Shown here in pieces: positions 48,634 to 64,000 of a stretch of DNA of 64,000 nt. Below the pieces are notes generated by a model, which was not told the DNA's origin, did not search any database, and saw nothing but the letters and a program-made list of their open reading frames with translations. The DNA lies in the NCBI GenBank assembly GCA_039096225.1, contig JBBPEB010000006.1, forward strand, positions 930,001 through 994,000, given 5' to 3'. The translations under genes and the position numbers were made by a program. This stretch comes from Blastocystis sp. Blastoise (lineage: Eukaryota; Protista; Bigyra: Opalinata). Each line of letters starts with the position of its first letter. Position 1 is the stretch's first letter.

Positions 48634-50040
48634 TAAATACTATTATAGCTTCTATACTTTATAATAAGTTCGTTATTATGATATATATATATATATAGAA
48701 ATAAATTTTCTTACACAGAGCGTTCAGACACGTGCCAACTGTTTATCAGTGTGATGACGCAGCTCTGTACGAAAGAATGCTACAAGAAACTAGTAGATTT
48801 ATATAATAATCCTTCTTTCGTGGATACTTTATTTCAGGCCTGGATAACCACGGGGAAACAGTCTCACGAATCTGTTGATTCTCTTGAAGTAACATTATAT
48901 CGAAATCAATTATCGGAAGCTGTTCAAATATATATATATATATAACTTTATCATTCTTATTTATATTGATTACTTCATGAATATATTGCTAAGAAAATGA
49001 TTAATAATTATTTGGTTTACATATATATATATATATATTAATCAGAAATTAAATATTTTTTTTATAATTTTCTTTTATTATTATTTATGAATCTATAATT
49101 TATACTATTGTCTATATATAATATATATATTATATATACTCTATAAATTTAGTGTATATATATTATATATATATCTACTCTATATACAATATAGATGTTC
49201 TTCTATTACCTGTTATATCCTATAATAAATGTACCCCCTCCAACGAGACCGAATCAAATATTTGGACTCACAGAAGACATACCGGTATATATATATATAT
49301 ATTGATTATTATATATATATTATTGATTATTATCTATATATTTTTGATTATTATAAATATTATTGATTATTATATATATTTGATTATTATATATATATTA
49401 TTGATTAATATATATATTATTGATTAATATATATATTTATTGGATTATTATATAATGATACTATTTTTATGGTTTATATAGAGAATATTATTATTTTTAT
49501 AGTCTCTATTTATATATACATATATCATTTTGTATACATATAGAAGAAAAATTTACTGTATGCATTAAAAGATGTTATATCTTCCTATTTATTTCCCTAT
49601 TTACACGACTTTTATGACTTAATCGCTGGATATATTCCCGCGGATATCATGGAATTCTCAAAAATAGGTAGTGATCCAAAATTATTCAACAAAAGTTGGG
49701 GTCATATAAATACATATACTCATTCGCTTATTATCATACTTTTATATGCACTTCAAATTATTACTAGTATATAAATATATAATATTTTTTGCAACATGAT
49801 TATTTGTAGATTTAATTATTATATATTTATATAACAATGCAATTATTTTATAATTGTATAACGATATAGTTATTAAATATATATATATAGAAGATCAAGA
49901 ATCGATACGTCCCCCACGCGTCATCATTCAAGGAATAGTATTCCTACTATTTGCATATCCAAAAGCGAATATTATTAATAGAACAATTGTGGATATATTT
50001 GTATATATCTTTATGAGAAAATGTGACTATATTATTTATG

Positions 50041-50075
<35 letters not shown>

Positions 50076-50165
50076 ATATACATACATATATATACATATA
50101 TATAGCATTTCTTAAAAGAAACTAATTTTATTGAAACATGTGATTATTATTATCATGATTTTAAT

Positions 50166-50251
<86 letters not shown>

Positions 50252-50461
50252 CAATAAGACATCATATTCGAATTATGGTAAATTTCTTTTATTTATATTC
50301 ACATATAAATTCAAAACAAAAAGAAATGAATGAATTGCGTTCCCTCCATCCTTGTTTTACCGCGCTTTATCAACAGTGCGCGCTTGATGCGATAAGAGAT
50401 TATTATTCCATTAATTGTGTTCCCATAGATATTGGTGATAATACTTATATTGCTAATGATG

Positions 50462-50532
<71 letters not shown>

Positions 50533-50757
50533 TAACAGATCAACAATTAGGTGAATATTGTCAATCCACAAATTGCTATGATATTGAGTATATATATACA
50601 TAACTATATATACTATATATATACCATTTTTTATCTATAGAAGTGAATTCGCAAAATCAATTGGCTTTTTATGTATATGAATATTATTATTTAATAATAA
50701 ATCTATTTATTATTTTATTTTAATTCTATAGTGGATAGAAATGGAGATGAGATGTAG
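47218..50757 (+). CDS. Multi-exon hypothetical helical protein, family not recognised
   Basis: A long series of coding-like islands bounded by GT/AG within (TA)n-rich introns. No diagnostic motif; some junctions unresolved (e.g. near 48930). Confidence 0.5.
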
Positions 50758-50992
50758 TTCTTTCATATACTCATGTATTTATATCACTATTCAGAAATCA
50801 TTTCCTTGTGCCAATTAGTCATTTATTATTTAAAAAACATCTTTCTTTGCTTATAATCAATTTGAAGTTCTGAACTTATAAACTTGATTTTGTTATTCAT
50901 TGCTTTTAAAAATAAATATAATAAAAAGAATAAAAATATTTAAAAAAAAAATAAAAATTTAAATATTTTAAAAAATTAAAAATTTAAAAAAT

Positions 50993-51066
50993 TGCTCCTA
51001 TTGGGGGTTGAACCCAAGACCTTCGGTACATAAGACCAACGCTCTAACCAACTGAGCTATAAGAGC
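50993..51066 (-). tRNA. tRNA-Ile(TAT), intronless
   Basis: Reverse complement GCTCTTA TAGCTCAGTTGGTTAGAGCG TTGGT-CTTATGT-ACCGA ... GGTTCAACCCC ... TAGGAGCA. Confidence 0.93.
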
Positions 51067-51162
51067 TTTCTGGCAATAATTTCTCCATACGATCTTTCAA
51101 CTTCATTCATTTTCATTCAAAATATCACGAGAAAATATATATACCTTCCTAACAAACATGAA

Positions 51163-60936
<9,774 letters not shown>

Positions 60937-61429
60937 TTCTCTTCTTTTATGATTAATTCATTCATGTTTACATTCATTTTTCATTTTTTATGATTCTATA
61001 TTATTTTTAAAATACTAGTTCATGGTGTTTTTTACAGTTGCAAAGCTCAATTTATTGATTTCCTTTTGTTATTTGATTTTATCTGCAATATACTATACTA
61101 CTCACATCTAAATAATAAATCTATATATTTTAAATATAATTATTATACCAGTTTTGTAAAGTATGAACAAATATTGCGTACAAATAAATAAAACTCAAAT
61201 TTAAAATATTTATGAACTTATACATACTAAGTAACTCTCTCTACTAGCCAAATATATTATAAATAACATTATATTATTATATAAAGAGACGAGTTGTTTG
61301 ATCATGGAATTAAATAGAAAAATTCATGACTATTTTTAAAAAGTTGCCTAAAATTTCATAATTTTTAATCCTGTAAAAACAAAAATAAATAATTTTTTGT
61401 TTGATTATTTTCTTATTCTTATAAATCTA

Positions 61430-61869
61430 ATGTCTTCCTCTATTCCTACAAATCAAACTTTATATGTTAATAACCTTAATGATAAATTAAAAATAAATCA
61501 ATTAAAAGAAGGATTGTATTATTTGTTTGGAAGATATGGTCCTATCATGGATATTGTTGCTATCAAATCTCCTACTCATCGTGGACAAGCATTTATTGTA
61601 TATTCTCAAGTTAATTCTGCTATTGCTGCTCTTCGTGATTTACAAAGCTTTGAATTCTTTGGCAAACCTCTTGTATTTATTTATATTTTCTTATCATAAT
61701 ATATATTTTTAAATTTATTCTTTTTGATACTTATATACAATGGTTTAATTTATTTATTATAAGTCGTTTACATATGATAATTTATATATAGAAGATTCAA
61801 TATGCCAAATCCAAATCAAATGCTGTAGCTAAGGCTGATGGTACTTATGTAATTCCTAAACAACAGTAA
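61430..61869 (+). CDS. U2B''/U1A (SNF-like) snRNP protein, single RRM
   Basis: NQTLYVNNLNDKLK...LYYLFGRYGPIMDIVAIKS...RGQAFIVY...LQSFEFFGKPL|KIQYAKSKSNAVAKADGTY; stops after 106 aa. Confidence 0.9.
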
Positions 61870-62162
61870 ATCTTCACTAGTATTCTTTTCTCCTTTTTCA
61901 AATTTCATTATTTGTTATGTGTTTTTATACAAAGTTAAAAATGCATTTAGTTTTCTTTTTTTTTTTTTAATGATGAAATGAATGTTAAGATTGATTTAAA
62001 GTATGTTTATAATAAATAAAAGACAAATATATATATACTAGAAAATATGATATATATATATATGACTTTTCTAAATAGAAACAATAGAATTTGAAAAGGA
62101 ATTTATATATATATATATATAATATATAATATATATAAGAAGAAAACGAATATAAATAAAAT

Positions 62163-64000
62163 TTAGAATTCTTGAGAGAGTTCATCAATATTGGGTCGAA
62201 TAAGTAAATATTTTGATATATCCATTAATTCATAAGAAGCTATACAATCAAGTATATATGATTCAGGAATTAAATGCTGATTTTCATCAAGTGAATCAAA
62301 ATTAATCGTGACACGTGATTCTTGACCACATACTAAAAATTCAGCATTTTTTTTGGATGACGCAATTGAACCATCAGCAGCACGAATTATCTATTGAAGA
62401 TATATATAGAATTAAATATGAATTATATGTATATATAATTATATTTAGATGTAGTATATATATAGATATGGATTAAGAAAATTATATATCTTCTATTAAT
62501 AATAATAATATAAATAATATATAATATTAAGATTAATAATTATATAAAATACATAGTTATATAATAATATAGTTATATAATAATATAACTATATAATATA
62601 TAGTTATATACAGTGTCAAGATCTTTTGTGGGAGGTTGTGTATCAGGCATGCAATAAAAAGATCCATAAGCAGAGAAAATACCGCAATTATTTTCATTTC
62701 TTTTTTGAATAATAGTATTATAACATGGATATATATAAGGAGTTTCATCAATAATATCATTTTGTTCGATACAAGCATAAATATATTCAGGCATAACCAC
62801 GGGAATTCCTAATGCTAATGCCATGAGAGACTATATATATAATTATAGAATGACAAGAATATAATATTAAATATTATTATAAATATAATAATAAATATAA
62901 TAATTAATATAATATTAATAAAAATATAATAAATATAATAATAAATATAATAATAATAAAAATATAATAAATATAAATAATAAATATAATAATAATAATA
63001 ATATAATAAATATAATAATAATAATAATATAATAAATATAATAATAATAAAAATATAATAAATAGAATAATAAATATACCTTAATACTTCTAGCTTCTTT
63101 TCCTAAGATGACCATATCAACAATTGACCAATCGATTCGATCATTTACGTTGATAATACAGCTACCAATGTGTTTCTGAATATTAAAACACAAGTTCTTT
63201 TCATCATCAGTTAACATAGATATACATATATATTTCTTAACAGTTGAATGCGATCGTGGTTTTTTTTCTTTGATAGCTTGTGTTTGTTTTTTCGATTTAT
63301 TAATTATTTTTTTCTTTGGAATATTCTTTTTTACTTCTTTTGGTTGAGGAATCCTTGATAATAATTGAGATAAAGTTTCTTCTTCACTATCTATATCTAA
63401 TGACTGTTGTTTCTTTGGGCTTTTATTACTTTTATTTATATCCTTATTGAGTTCTTTCGTTTTCTTTAATGAATTTACAGGAGATATACTAGTCTTCTTA
63501 GAATTCTGTTTCTTTATAACAGGAGATTTAGTATTCTTATTCTTATTATTCTTGTTATTTTTAGCATTATTATCAGGAGTATCTGAATGAACTGTCTTTT
63601 TTACTTTCTTATTACTATTACTATTATCTGATGACGAAGATGATGAAGATGATGATTTTGTTACAGACTTAAACGTATGTTTCTTTGGAGTATTCTTCTT
63701 AAGTTCTTTTTCAGTAGATTCTGAATTCTTCTGAATACTGGAGTCTTTAGACTGAATAGTTTTACGAGGAGAACTTTCTGAGCTATTTTCAAGTTCATTA
63801 TCATTATTTATATCTTTATTTACTGTTGTTTTTGATTCATTAGAAGAAGATATCGCTTTTTTAGAAGAAGAAGAAGAAGAAGAAGAACGAGGTGATTTAA
63901 ATAAATTAATTTTCTTTGGTGTTTCTGATGTATTGTTTTGATTCACTTTAGATTTATTTTTAAGAAGTTTAAAAACATCTAGATCTTCAGAATCAGAATC
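62163..64000 (-). CDS. Tandem-BRCT protein (microcephalin/MCPH1-like C-terminus), 5' end outside the window
   Basis: Long K/S/N-rich disordered region followed by ARSIK|SLMALALGIPVVMPEYIYACIE...GIFS...QPPTKDLDT|IIRAADG...IPESYILDCI. Confidence 0.72.

Noticed and set aside
48920-49200. Another possible AT-donor intron after LSEAVQ
   Set aside because: The protein family is unrecognised, so the true junction cannot be anchored by homology.
50993-51066. Intronless tRNA-Ile(TAT) with G37 as an anomaly
   Set aside because: The same configuration is known from plant tRNA-Ile(UAU), so it is not novel.

Overview
Very AT-rich, intron-rich nuclear DNA from an anaerobic microbial eukaryote using the standard genetic code. 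Most introns are GTAT...(T)AG and many are inflated by (TA)n/(TTA)n microsatellites, so most of the ORF track is exon fragments or repeat noise. Organelle-targeted pyruvate:ferredoxin oxidoreductase (PFO), [FeFe]-hydrogenase and a bacterial-type LeuRS suggest a hydrogen-producing mitochondrion that still translates its own genome. A Blastocystis-like stramenopile is plausible, but that is inference. Main result: 4179..10041 (+) splices over 9 exons into one 1685-aa reading frame: mitochondrial presequence, complete PFO, Pro/Ser/Thr/Ala linker, 2x[4Fe-4S] domain, and a complete [FeFe]-hydrogenase H-domain. This is a predicted single-chain 2-oxoacid-to-H2 enzyme. It lies head-to-head with a second PFO paralog that shares near-identical conversion-like tracts but differs in the substrate-pocket loops. 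The rest is housekeeping: endosulfine-like, Pin1, Rlp24, AP-2 mu, ElbB/ES1, TLDc protein, RING1-like, mt-LeuRS, glyoxalase II-like, TBCC, GT31, PinX1, SmG, PH-PP2C, APC1, U2B''/U1A, MCPH1-like BRCT, two unknown genes and three tRNAs. Two window-wide oddities: several splice junctions that only work with non-canonical dinucleotides (GG-AG, AT-AG, GT-AT), and a strongly over-represented GC-rich palindromic motif (CCGCGG / CCACGG / CCGTG core). All gene models were spliced by eye without RNA evidence or database searches.
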